Assembly: GCA_043823005.1 (NCBI GenBank)
Contig: JBDRBG010000116.1
Span: 3,989-67,988, forward strand
Source: Candidatus Omnitrophota bacterium
GTDB taxonomy: Bacteria; Omnitrophota; Gorgyraeia; Tantalellales; Tantalellaceae
Length of the DNA: 64,000 bases
Direction: 5' to 3'
The translations under genes were made by a program, and so were the position numbers. This document shows, one piece after another, positions 8,549-18,409 of the stretch. How positions within the stretch are numbered: position 1 is the stretch's first letter; each line of letters starts with the position of its first letter. Under the pieces are notes generated by a model. The model was not told where the DNA came from and made no database searches. It saw only the letters and a program-made list of their open reading frames with translations.

Positions 8549-11374
8549 ATGGGACAGCAAGAAAAAAAGAAAACATATAAAGATACATTGAACTTACCGA
8601 AAACTTCATTTTCTATGAAGGCTAATCTTCCTCAAAAAGAACCGTTATTATTAAAAAAATGGCAAGAGGATGAAATTTATTCGAAAATAGTTTCTAAAAG
8701 AAAAGGATCTGATAAAGTTTTTATCCTTCATGACGGGCCTCCTTATGCTAACGGACATATTCATATGGGACATGTTCTTAATAAAATGCTTAAGGATATA
8801 TGTGTAAAATTTTTTACTATGAGAGGTTTTTTCTCTCCGTTTGTCCCTGGCTGGGATTGTCATGGTTTGCCCGTGGAGCATCAGCTTTTCAAAGAACTTA
8901 AAATGACCAAGCATGATATTGACCAGGTTGATTTTCGTAAAAAAGCGTATAAATACGCGATGAAATACGTAAAAATACAGGCGGAAGAATTTAAACGTCT
9001 GGGGATATTCGGGGATTGGGAAAATCCGTATTTAACGCTGACTAAAGATTATGAGGCTGATATCTTAACGGTATTGGCTGATCTTTGTGAAAAAGGATAT
9101 ATTTATAAGGATCTTAAACCGGTAAACTGGTGCGCTAAATGTGAGACGGCTTTGGCCGAAGCTGAAGTAGAATATGAGGATAAAATTTCTCCTTCAATTT
9201 ATATCAAATTCAAAGCAGAAGAGGGTTTTAATAGCAAGGAAACCTTTTTTATTATATGGACAACAACTCCATGGACACTTTTAGCTAATGTTGCTCTGGC
9301 GCTTCATCCGGATTTCAAATATGTATTGGTTGATGTTTGCGGAGAAATATGGATCATGGCAAAGGATCTCGTCGGACCGTTAATGGCCAAATTCGGTATA
9401 GACAAATTTGAAATTCTGAAAGAGATGCGGGGTGAAAAAATAGCGGATGTTTTTAAAAAGGCAGTACATCCTTTTATTGAAAGAGAATCAGCGGTTGTTA
9501 CGGCAGATTATGTTACGAAAGAAGAAGGTACAGGATGTGTGCATATTGCTCCGGGTCATGGGCAGGAAGATTACCTTACGGGTAAAAAATATTCTCTTCC
9601 TGTGATTATGCCGGTTAATAGCGAGGGTAAATTTACAACAGAGACAGGTGAATTTGCCGGCCAAAAAGTTTTGGACGCGAATAAAGCGATAATAGAGAAG
9701 ATGAAAGAAAATGGAACTCTTGTTAAAGTCGAAGATGTCAGCCATTCATATCCGCATTGCTGGAGATGTAAAGATCCTATAATATTCCGCGCTACTGAAC
9801 AATGGTTTGTTCGGATAGATCATCTTGATTTGAGAAAAAAAATAGCTGATGTGATCAGTAAAGAAGTGGAATGGATCCCCAGCTTTGGCCGGGAACGTAT
9901 AGGAGCAATGATGGCTGTTCGTCCTGACTGGTGTTTGTCCAGACAAAGATATTGGGGAGTTCCTATTCCTGCGTTTCAATGCCGTTCATGTTCGGAAGCA
10001 TTTACAACACCTGAAATCATAAGAAAAACAGCCGAACTTACGCGCAAGAACGGAGCAGATGTATGGTTTGAAAAAGACAATAGTGAATTTCTAGCCGCAG
10101 GGTTCAAGTGCAGGAAATGCGGGAGTGAGGATTTTATAAAAGAACAGGATATATTAGATGTATGGTTTGATTCAGGGGTAAGTTACAAAGCCGTACTGGA
10201 AGCGAGAGAAGATCTTAGATGTCCCGCGGATCTATATCTTGAGGGGTCGGATCAGCACAGGGGGTGGTTTCAGTCCTCTATTATAACGAGTATGGCGGCA
10301 AAGGAACAAGCTCCTTATAAGAAAGTATTGACTCACGGGTTTGTGGTTGACGGAAAAGGTAAAAAAATGTCAAAATCTGTGGGAAATGTTATAAGCCCCC
10401 AGGATATTATGCCTAAATACGGGGCGGATATTTTAAGGTTGTGGGTAGCTTCCAGTGATTATATGGGAGATGTAAAACTTTCAACCGAGATTCTTGAGAG
10501 ACTTGCTGATGGATATCGTAAAATGAGAAATACTTTTCGGTTTCTTTTAAGTAATCTGTATGATTTTGATGAAAGTAAGGATACTGTTGATGACAGCAAT
10601 ATGCTTTCAGAGCTTGACAGATGGATGTTATCCAGGCTTGGATCTCTGGTAACTGATGTTACCGGACACTATGAAAAATGCGAATTTTATAAAGTATACA
10701 GGGCTATTTATAATTTTTGCGTATATGAAGTAAGCGCTGTTTATTTAGATGTTGTAAAAGATGTTTTATATGTATCCGGGGCCGGATCTTTTGAGCGCAG
10801 ATCCGGTCAGACCGTTATTTTTAACGTTCTTTCGATTCTTTTGAGGCTAGTCGCTCCAATACTTCCATTTACTTCGGAAGAAGCCTGGCAGGAGATTCGG
10901 ATGAAAGATAAGGAAAAGAGCGTTCATATGGCGGATTGGCCGGATACTGAAATATCCGGTTGGAAAGATCAGGATTTGGATGTGAAATGGGAAAAATTGC
11001 TTCATCTTCGAAACTCTGTCATGAAGTTTCTTGAACTAAAAAGAGAAAAGGGATTGATTGGGAGTTCGCTGGAAGCCGCTGTAATATTTTGCCCTGAGGA
11101 AGAAAATATGGCAGAATTTGTGAGAAAAAACATCGATCTTTTTTCAGTTCTTTTTAAAATATCACAGGCAGAGGCCGTAGAGTCAAAAGATCGAGATAAA
11201 TATGAGTTTGAAAAAGTAGAAGATATGCCTCTAAGCATAGCAGTAAACAAAGCGAAAGGTGAAAAATGTCAGAGATGTTGGAACTATAGTGAAACAGTAG
11301 GTAAAAGCGAGGAATTTTTAGATCTATGTAAAAGATGCCAGGATGTAATTCTAGAAAGGAGCCATAATGGTTAA
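8549..11374 (+). CDS. ileS: Isoleucine--tRNA ligase (type 1)
   Basis: DGPPYANG, HMGH, GWDCHGLP, WTTTPWT, KMSKS, C-terminal CQRCW...CKRC; start could be GTG 8522. Confidence 0.97.
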   Translation: MGQQEKKKTYKDTLNLPKTSFSMKANLPQKEPLLLKKWQEDEIYSKIVSKRKGSDKVFILHDGPPYANGHIHMGHVLNKMLKDICVKFFTMRGFFSPFVPGWDCHGLPVEHQLFKELKMTKHDIDQVDFRKKAYKYAMKYVKIQAEEFKRLGIFGDWENPYLTLTKDYEADILTVLADLCEKGYIYKDLKPVNWCAKCETALAEAEVEYEDKISPSIYIKFKAEEGFNSKETFFIIWTTTPWTLLANVALALHPDFKYVLVDVCGEIWIMAKDLVGPLMAKFGIDKFEILKEMRGEKIADVFKKAVHPFIERESAVVTADYVTKEEGTGCVHIAPGHGQEDYLTGKKYSLPVIMPVNSEGKFTTETGEFAGQKVLDANKAIIEKMKENGTLVKVEDVSHSYPHCWRCKDPIIFRATEQWFVRIDHLDLRKKIADVISKEVEWIPSFGRERIGAMMAVRPDWCLSRQRYWGVPIPAFQCRSCSEAFTTPEIIRKTAELTRKNGADVWFEKDNSEFLAAGFKCRKCGSEDFIKEQDILDVWFDSGVSYKAVLEAREDLRCPADLYLEGSDQHRGWFQSSIITSMAAKEQAPYKKVLTHGFVVDGKGKKMSKSVGNVISPQDIMPKYGADILRLWVASSDYMGDVKLSTEILERLADGYRKMRNTFRFLLSNLYDFDESKDTVDDSNMLSELDRWMLSRLGSLVTDVTGHYEKCEFYKVYRAIYNFCVYEVSAVYLDVVKDVLYVSGAGSFERRSGQTVIFNVLSILLRLVAPILPFTSEEAWQEIRMKDKEKSVHMADWPDTEISGWKDQDLDVKWEKLLHLRNSVMKFLELKREKGLIGSSLEAAVIFCPEEENMAEFVRKNIDLFSVLFKISQAEAVESKDRDKYEFEKVEDMPLSIAVNKAKGEKCQRCWNYSETVGKSEEFLDLCKRCQDVILERSHNG

Positions 11375-11783
11375 CAAAAAAACGGATACACAGAAAAGTT
11401 CATTTGCAAAACAGGAACTTGAGGCTATGAGAAAGTACATGCTTAAGAAAAAAGCCGAAATACTCGAAGAGATTGTATCGCTCAAAGGAGAAGGCCTTAA
11501 TAAGTCTTTTAGAGACGCTTCAGGAGATCTTTCGGGGTATTCTTTTCATATGGCAGATATGGCAACGGATCTTTATGATAGGGAATTTTCTCTTGAACTT
11601 GCGGAAGGAGAAAGAGAAAGATTGTATGCTTTTGATGAAGCGATAAAGCGTATTGACGAAGGTGTATATGGAAAATGCGCGTTTTGCGGGGGAGACATAT
11701 CAAAATCAAGGCTTAAGGCTATGCCTCAAGCTGAATATTGTATAAAATGTCAGGAGAAAGAAGAAAAGTCAGCAGGAAAATAG
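11367..11783 (+). CDS. TraR/DksA C4 zinc-finger protein
   Basis: HMADMATD, YGKCAFCG...RLKAMP...CIKCQ. Confidence 0.9.
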   Translation: MVNKKTDTQKSSFAKQELEAMRKYMLKKKAEILEEIVSLKGEGLNKSFRDASGDLSGYSFHMADMATDLYDREFSLELAEGERERLYAFDEAIKRIDEGVYGKCAFCGGDISKSRLKAMPQAEYCIKCQEKEEKSAGK

Positions 11784-12313
11784 TGTTTTTTATTTTTTTG
11801 ATATTCTTCATAGGAATTCTGGATCAAGCTTCTAAATTTTATATAGTGCTTAGGCTTGATGAGGGATCCAGTATTCCGATAATTAAGGGGATCTTCCATT
11901 TAACGCATGTACATAATACAGGCGCTGCGTTTGGTATCTTTAAAGGGTATTCATATTTTTTTATTAGTATTACTGTTTTATTTCTGTTATTTTTCGGATA
12001 TATGCTTATCCTGAGAATATTCAGGCGAAGTTATATGCCGGGTTTGTCCGGCGATATCGATAGTGCGGTACAGGGGAAATCTAAAAAAAAATATTTTATG
12101 GATATCAGTTTAAGGGATTTTAATTTTTCAGAAACAATAGCTTTGAGTTTTATTATAGCCGGAACAATAGGAAACTTGATTGATAGGATACGTTTTGGTT
12201 ATGTTATCGATTTTATTGATTTCAGGGTATGGCCTGTGTTTAATATTGCGGATAGTTTTATTACTATCGGGGCTGTTATTCTAATGGCTAGTTTCCTTAG
12301 AAAAAAGGGATAG
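11738..12313 (+). CDS. lspA: Lipoprotein signal peptidase II
   Basis: DQASK, NTGAAFG, GNLIDR, VIDFIDF, FNIAD; start uncertain. Confidence 0.92.
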   Translation: MYKMSGERRKVSRKIVFFIFLIFFIGILDQASKFYIVLRLDEGSSIPIIKGIFHLTHVHNTGAAFGIFKGYSYFFISITVLFLLFFGYMLILRIFRRSYMPGLSGDIDSAVQGKSKKKYFMDISLRDFNFSETIALSFIIAGTIGNLIDRIRFGYVIDFIDFRVWPVFNIADSFITIGAVILMASFLRKKG

Positions 12314-12315
12314 AA

Positions 12316-13074
12316 ATGCATCGTATCATTTTACAAATAGGGCCGTTTACTTTGTATTCATATGGATTGCTTGTTGCGACTGCTGTTTTTTTAGCTGTAA
12401 CACTTATTATAAGGCAAGCCAGAAAAAGGGAATTAGAGATCAACAGTGTTATGGATTGTCTTTTATCGGTTATTGCGGGCGGAATAATAGGGGGAAGACT
12501 TTTATTTGTTTTTATAAATTTTGAACATTATTTACGCGAGCCTCTCCGGATATTTATGATATATGAGGGCGGATTGGCCTTTCAAGGGGCGCTGGCAGGC
12601 GGTGTTATTGCCGGGATGATAGCTGTAAGATTAAAAAAAATTAATTTTTGGATAATGGCGGATTTGACAGCTCCTTATGTCGCGTTAGCTCAGGCAGTAG
12701 GAAGAATAGGTTGTTTTTTTAACGGGTGTTGTTATGGCAGGGTTATTGAAAAGGGATTTGGCGTTGTTTTTCCCGGAGAGAATGTATTGCGCATACCGAC
12801 ACAGCTATATTCGAGTTTTTCATTATTTGTTATTTTTCTGATTCTTATAACGATCAGGAAAATGAAAAGGTATGATGACGGTTATTTGGCTGGTATGTAT
12901 CTTATTTTATATTCGATTTTTAGATTTTTTCTTGATTTTTTAAGGGGAGATGATTCGTTGCTTTTTTTTGGGATAAGACTTTCGCAGGTGATTAGTATCG
13001 GACTTTTTCTTAGCGGAAGCGTTGTGTTTTTGATTTTGAAGCGTAAAAATGGTATAAAAAAAAATAGCCGTTAA
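12316..13074 (+). CDS. lgt: Prolipoprotein diacylglyceryl transferase
   Basis: YSYG, GGRL, GGLAFQG, GRIGCFFNGCCYG, PTQLY, RFFLDFLRGD. Confidence 0.93.
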   Translation: MHRIILQIGPFTLYSYGLLVATAVFLAVTLIIRQARKRELEINSVMDCLLSVIAGGIIGGRLLFVFINFEHYLREPLRIFMIYEGGLAFQGALAGGVIAGMIAVRLKKINFWIMADLTAPYVALAQAVGRIGCFFNGCCYGRVIEKGFGVVFPGENVLRIPTQLYSSFSLFVIFLILITIRKMKRYDDGYLAGMYLILYSIFRFFLDFLRGDDSLLFFGIRLSQVISIGLFLSGSVVFLILKRKNGIKKNSR

Positions 13075-13309
13075 GGTACAAAAACACGGTTGGGACAAAC
13101 AGGTTCTCTGCGGAGGTATACATAGTGGGGGGACACGCTGATAAGCACCTGTTGCCGTGTTGCTCGAAAATAGCGCACGGTTCGCAAAGACAAAAAAAAC
13201 CGTCTTTACGAGGAGAATAGCGGTTCATTCGTCTTTGCGAGGAGCGAAGCGACGAAGCAATCTCAATAAAAGTAAAAAATTTTCAACAGTACGGAGGCCG
13301 GAATACGAT

Positions 13310-14236
13310 ATGAACAAATATAAATTTGTTGTTGCGGAAGAAGAAGCAGGAATGCGGGTGGACAAATATGTCTCAGTTAAAATAGGAGAAGATTATTCAA
13401 GAACATATGTAAAAGCGTTGATTGAAAAAGGATTGGTTCTTCTTAACGGAGACAGGATTAAGCCGTGTAATAGTATACGCGAGAATGATGAGGTTTTTGT
13501 TGAGTTCATAGAATCCCCGGCTTTTATTAATAACCTTGAGGCGGAGAATATTCCTTTAAAAGTTGTTTATGAAGATGAATGGGTGATTGTAGTGGATAAA
13601 CCCGTAGGGATGGTGGTTCATCCCGGAGCCGGAAATAAAAAAGGAACTTTAGTTTCCGCGGTTCTGTATCATTGCGGCAGTCTGCCGGAAACAACGAATA
13701 AATTCAGGCCGGGGATAGTGCACCGGCTGGATAAAGATACTTCAGGAGTTATGGTTGTGGCAAAAAATGATCGGGCATTACGTTCTCTTTCGAAGCAATT
13801 TCAAAACAGAACAGTCACAAAAAAGTATCTGGCGTTGGTAAAAGGCAGAGTAGAAATAGACAATGGAATTGTCGAGGCTCCGATAGCAAGGCATCCGGGA
13901 GACAGAAAAAAAATGAGGGTTGAATTTACTGAAGGTAAAGCCGCAAAGACTATTTATCATGTACTTGGAAGGTTTGAAGGGTTTACGCTTCTCAGGCTTG
14001 AACTTTTGACAGGAAGGACGCATCAGATACGTGTTCATATGCAGCATTTAGGACATCCTGTGATCGGAGATGTGACATACGGGGCGCGGTATGGTATGAA
14101 CCGCCAGGCGCTTCATGCTGAGAGTTTAGGTTTTACTCATCCTGGAACCGGGAAACATGTTGAATTCAGGTCTCCTATGCCGGATGATATAAAATTCTTA
14201 GTGGAGAGAAAAACCCTCAAGGAGAAAAAACAATGA
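13310..14236 (+). CDS. rluD: RluA/RluD family pseudouridine synthase
   Basis: S4-like start, KPVGMVVHP, HRLDKDTSG, TGRTHQIRVH; ATG 13310 follows GGAGG. Confidence 0.88.
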   Translation: MNKYKFVVAEEEAGMRVDKYVSVKIGEDYSRTYVKALIEKGLVLLNGDRIKPCNSIRENDEVFVEFIESPAFINNLEAENIPLKVVYEDEWVIVVDKPVGMVVHPGAGNKKGTLVSAVLYHCGSLPETTNKFRPGIVHRLDKDTSGVMVVAKNDRALRSLSKQFQNRTVTKKYLALVKGRVEIDNGIVEAPIARHPGDRKKMRVEFTEGKAAKTIYHVLGRFEGFTLLRLELLTGRTHQIRVHMQHLGHPVIGDVTYGARYGMNRQALHAESLGFTHPGTGKHVEFRSPMPDDIKFLVERKTLKEKKQ

Positions 14237-15522
14237 AATGGACAATCGGAAAAGCTGAACGAGGATTGCGGGGAGAAATTGCGCCGCCTCCGGATAAAAG
14301 CATTTCACATAGAGCCGTGATGTTCGGGTCCATATCTAGAGGGAAAACCCGTATAAAGAATTTTCTTTTTGCCGAAGATTGTATGCGCACTTTTGCGGCT
14401 TTCAAGTTAATGGGGGTAGACATAGAAAGAAAAGGGGATAGTGTATTTATTACAGGTAATGGACTTAGAGGGCTTGATCTTCCGGATAAGGATTTTTACC
14501 TTGGGAATTCAGGGACTACGATGCGTATAATTTCCGGAATCCTTGCCGGCCAGAATTTTACAAGCGTACTTACCGGGGATGAGTCTCTTTCCATAAGGCC
14601 TATGGAAAGAATAATAAAACCTCTTTCTCTGATGGGGGCTGACATAGAGGCAGTAGATGGACATGCTCCTTTAACCATAAGGGGAAAAGGAGTTTTTTTG
14701 ATACCGATCAAGTATACATTGCCGGTGGCAAGCGCTCAGGTAAAATCCTGTATACTTGCGGCAGGCTTATATTCCGAAGGAAAAACAACGGTTATTGAAC
14801 CGTATCAGTCCAGGGATCATACCGAAAGGATGCTGGAATATTTTTCAGCGGAAATACAAAGAAACGGGCTTATTTCGGAGGTGAAAGGAGTGAAAGAGCT
14901 TAACTCTGGAGATATAGATGTTCCCGGAGACATATCAGGCGCGGCTTTTTTTATAGTGGCAGCTCTTCTTGTAAAGGGTTCATTACTTGTTATCCGTAAT
15001 GTAGGAATTAATCCTACTCGTACGGGGCTGATAGATGTTTTGAAAAGGATGGGAGCAAAAATAAGGATACTTGATATGTCTGAAAGAATAGAGCCTGCGG
15101 CAGATCTGGAGATTAAATATTCAGAGCTTAAGAGTACGGTTATAGAGGAAAAAGAAATACCGCTGTTAATCGATGAAATACCTGTATTGATCATAGCCGC
15201 TTTGATGGCAGAGGGACGTACGGTAATAAAAGGCATAAAAGAACTTAAAGTAAAGGAAACAGATCGAATAAAGACAATGAAGCATAACCTGTGTCGTATG
15301 GGGCTTGATATTGCGGAAGAAAACGAGACGTTGATAATTGAGGGTAATTCAAGAAAAATAAAGGCAGCTGAGTTGGAAAGTTTCGGGGATCATCGAATAG
15401 CTATGAGTATGGCTGTAGCCGCTCTTATTAGTGACGGTGAATGCGTGATTAAAAATACGGATTGTACGGAGACCTCTTATCCCGGATTTCTCGGCGATCT
15501 GAAAAAGGTGAGGAGCTTTTAA
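14233..15522 (+). CDS. aroA: 3-phosphoshikimate 1-carboxyvinyltransferase
   Basis: DKSISHR, GNSGTT, SAQVKS, RDHTE, KETDRI, DHRIAM. Confidence 0.95.
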   Translation: MKWTIGKAERGLRGEIAPPPDKSISHRAVMFGSISRGKTRIKNFLFAEDCMRTFAAFKLMGVDIERKGDSVFITGNGLRGLDLPDKDFYLGNSGTTMRIISGILAGQNFTSVLTGDESLSIRPMERIIKPLSLMGADIEAVDGHAPLTIRGKGVFLIPIKYTLPVASAQVKSCILAAGLYSEGKTTVIEPYQSRDHTERMLEYFSAEIQRNGLISEVKGVKELNSGDIDVPGDISGAAFFIVAALLVKGSLLVIRNVGINPTRTGLIDVLKRMGAKIRILDMSERIEPAADLEIKYSELKSTVIEEKEIPLLIDEIPVLIIAALMAEGRTVIKGIKELKVKETDRIKTMKHNLCRMGLDIAEENETLIIEGNSRKIKAAELESFGDHRIAMSMAVAALISDGECVIKNTDCTETSYPGFLGDLKKVRSF

Positions 15523-15703
15523 GCGCAATCAGGAGGAGGTAGAATTTAAAAGGACGGGCTAAGGGATATTTTTGCTCGGCCTGTTTGTGAAGCTGAAAGC
15601 CTCAGGGGTTTAATCGCGCGCAAAATTTTTAGTATGCACTCAAAATTATAAGTGCTTTATTTCTAGAGTGTTGCAATAAGCTGTTCGTTAGAGGAAAAAA
15701 TGT

Positions 15704-15732
15704 TTGACAAAGATATTTTTCTCTGTTATATT
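15704..15732 (+). promoter_or_regulatory. Sigma70 promoter of the mre operon
   Basis: TTGACA-17 bp-TATATT with TG extended -10. Confidence 0.65.
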
Positions 15733-15805
15733 TCTAAAGTTAAGAGGATCTTCCAAACAACATAAATATTAATAATTATAAACATAATAAACCAAAAAAG
15801 GAATT

Positions 15806-16864
15806 ATGCGACAACAACTATCAAAAATATATGATAGTCTTTTAGGGGCTTTTTCCAGTGATATGGGAATAGACTTAGGGACTGCTTCGACTCTTGTATA
15901 TCTGAAGAACGAAGGGATTGTTCTTTGTGAACCTTCAGTAGTAGCGATAGAGTCCGGAACTAATAATGTTTTGGCTGTGGGAGAAGAAGCTAAACGTATG
16001 CTTGGCCGGACCCCGGGAAACATAATTGCTATAAGGCCGATGAGAGACGGAGTAATCGCGGATTTTGATATAACAGAAAGCATGCTGAGATATTTCATAA
16101 AGAAGATCCATAATTCACGCAGTCTTGTAAGGCCTCGTATTGTTGTTGCCGTTCCTTCCGGTATTACTGAAGTCGAACGGCGAGCCGTGAAAGATTCAGC
16201 TTTACACGCCGGCGCGAGGGAAGTATTTATGATTGAAGAGCCTCTTGCGGCGGCTATCGGAGTAGGGCTGCCTATACATGAACCATCCGGTAATATGATC
16301 ATTGATATAGGCGGAGGTACGACGGAAATGGCGGTTATATCTTTAGCCGGAATTGTGTTTGCTAAATCTATCCGTATAGGCGGAGATGAAATGGACGATG
16401 CTATTATTAATTATTTAAAACGGACGTATAATTTAATGGTCGGAGAACGTACTGCTGAAGAGATAAAAATACGCATTGGATCCAGCTATCCTATGAAGGA
16501 AGAAACTACGATGGAAGTCAGGGGCAGGGATATTGTTGCCGGACTTCCCAAAATGATATCAATAACAAGCGAAGAGGTTCGGGAAGCGCTTTCAGAACCA
16601 ATAGCTCAAATAGTCGAAGCCGTAAGAATAACGCTTGAAAGGACTCCTCCTGAATTGTCGGCCGATCTGATAGAAAAAGGATTAATCCTTGCCGGAGGCG
16701 GAGCGCTTCTAAGAGGGCTGGATAAACTTATTGCGGAAGAGACGGGTTTGCCCGTACATCTTGCGGATGATCCTTTAACGGCAGTTGCTTTGGGTACAGG
16801 AAAAGTACTTAGTGAGATGAAATATTTAAAAAAACTGACGGTTTCGCCGAGACTTCAACGATAA
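15806..16864 (+). CDS. mreB: Rod shape-determining protein MreB
   Basis: [36 protein letters not shown]. Confidence 0.97.
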   Translation: MRQQLSKIYDSLLGAFSSDMGIDLGTASTLVYLKNEGIVLCEPSVVAIESGTNNVLAVGEEAKRMLGRTPGNIIAIRPMRDGVIADFDITESMLRYFIKKIHNSRSLVRPRIVVAVPSGITEVERRAVKDSALHAGAREVFMIEEPLAAAIGVGLPIHEPSGNMIIDIGGGTTEMAVISLAGIVFAKSIRIGGDEMDDAIINYLKRTYNLMVGERTAEEIKIRIGSSYPMKEETTMEVRGRDIVAGLPKMISITSEEVREALSEPIAQIVEAVRITLERTPPELSADLIEKGLILAGGGALLRGLDKLIAEETGLPVHLADDPLTAVALGTGKVLSEMKYLKKLTVSPRLQR

Positions 16865-16885
16865 CAAGAGAAAATAGTTTTCGAT

Positions 16886-17653
16886 GTGCAAAAATTTTTC
16901 CTCCGTAAAAGATTCTGGGTATTTGTTTTATGCGTTATTTTTGTAATAACGCTGGTTCCTGCTTTTTTCCCAAAAATCAAAAAAATTTCCCGCGCCATAA
17001 TATTATTTCCCGCAAAAATCGTTTCTAATACAGCACATATTTTTTCCGATAAACGCGGACTTATTAAAGAAAACAAATTGTTGCGTAAAGATATCATGGA
17101 TCTTTCTTTGGAGGTTGAGCATTATAAAGAACTTGATTCTGAGAATAAACGACTTCGGTTTCTCTTAGCTTTAAAAGAAAAAATGTGGTTTGATACTATT
17201 TGCGCTCAGGTAATAGCCGGAGGGCCGAATAATTGGGAAGGAACGCTTATTATTGATAAAGGTTATGTAAACGGCGTAAAAAGTGATTCCGCGGTATGCT
17301 CTGCAAGGGGATTAGTAGGCAAAATCTCGGAGCTTAGCGAAACTACGAGTTCTGTTATGCTAGTGACACATCCCGGATTTAAGACCGGGGGGATGTTAAG
17401 AGATTCGCGTATAAACGGTATAGTAGCAGGTACAGGGGATAATATGGTGAAAATGATGTATCTTCCGATGGATACCAAAGTAAAAAACGGAGATATTGTT
17501 GTGACTTCTAATTACAGCAGAATATTTCCAAAAGGAATAATAATCGGTAAAGTGGTGGCAGTAGGCAGAAGTACGACAGGATTATATAAATACGCGATAA
17601 TCAAGCCTGCTTCTGATCTTTTTAAACTAGAAGAAGTTTTGTGCGCTGTTTAG
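16886..17653 (+). CDS. mreC: Rod shape-determining protein MreC
   Basis: TM, coiled coil ENKRLRFLL, IDKG, GLVGKI, GDIVVTS...FPKGI. Confidence 0.9.
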   Translation: MQKFFLRKRFWVFVLCVIFVITLVPAFFPKIKKISRAIILFPAKIVSNTAHIFSDKRGLIKENKLLRKDIMDLSLEVEHYKELDSENKRLRFLLALKEKMWFDTICAQVIAGGPNNWEGTLIIDKGYVNGVKSDSAVCSARGLVGKISELSETTSSVMLVTHPGFKTGGMLRDSRINGIVAGTGDNMVKMMYLPMDTKVKNGDIVVTSNYSRIFPKGIIIGKVVAVGRSTTGLYKYAIIKPASDLFKLEEVLCAV

Positions 17654-17729
17654 CAGAAGTTTTTGGCCGGGGGGCCGGTTTTGAAAAGGCCGGCGCAAAA
17701 ATTTTTTTACTAACATTTGGATTCTTATC

Positions 17730-18212
17730 ATGAAAAGATTTTTAAAACTATTTTTTGTATTTGTTGTTTGCGGCGCGATACAAGTAAAAGCTGTGAAAAA
17801 TATTTCTTTTTTTCCGCATTTAATCTTTCTTGTAGTGATGTATGAAGGTGTTTTTTTAGGAATTAAAGAAGGAATTTTAGCCGGGGTTATGGGAGGTTTT
17901 ATAAACGGGTGTTTTTCCGGCGGAACGTTTTTTTTAGGCCTGGCAAGTTTTCCGATCGCGGCTGTTGCGGCTTTTCTTTTGGCTAAAATGTTGAACAGAC
18001 AAAATCCGGCAGTTCAGATGTTTGCGGTTATGGCCGGTTTGTGCGGTATAGTCATGATGCATATATCTTATTTTTCTATTATTAATGACAGCGCGATAAA
18101 CTTCTTGTCAGTATTTCGTTCTAATATAAGAAACCTGGTGTTTACAGTGCTGGTCGCTCCGTTATTTTTTTGTTTTCTTAATAAATTTTTAAGGATCAGA
18201 AATGCGGATTAA
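17730..18212 (+). CDS. mreD: MreD-like membrane protein
   Basis: 160 aa, polytopic hydrophobic, between mreC and mrdA. Confidence 0.7.
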   Translation: MKRFLKLFFVFVVCGAIQVKAVKNISFFPHLIFLVVMYEGVFLGIKEGILAGVMGGFINGCFSGGTFFLGLASFPIAAVAAFLLAKMLNRQNPAVQMFAVMAGLCGIVMMHISYFSIINDSAINFLSVFRSNIRNLVFTVLVAPLFFCFLNKFLRIRNAD

Positions 18213-18409
18213 TGTTAATGGGGACGGTTCTGAAATTAATTCCGGACCTGTCCCAATCTTAATCCCGGAGGTGTCCCCGCAAAACAAAACTAAAGATTTT
18301 TGTTTTTTGGGAACAGGGTTTATTAATTTTCATTTTTATTTTTGTTTAATCGCGTCACGTGACGCGCGATATGCGAAAAAAATGTTGCGATAATTCTTGC
18401 AGAGTTTAT

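Noticed and set aside
13157-13309. 51-aa N-terminal extension of RluD (SSLRGAKRRSNL)
   Set aside because: It is a translated REP; a better ATG with GGAGG lies at 13310.
18202-18393. 63-aa ORF between mreD and mrdA
   Set aside because: Best explained as the old mrdA start reading into inserted DNA.
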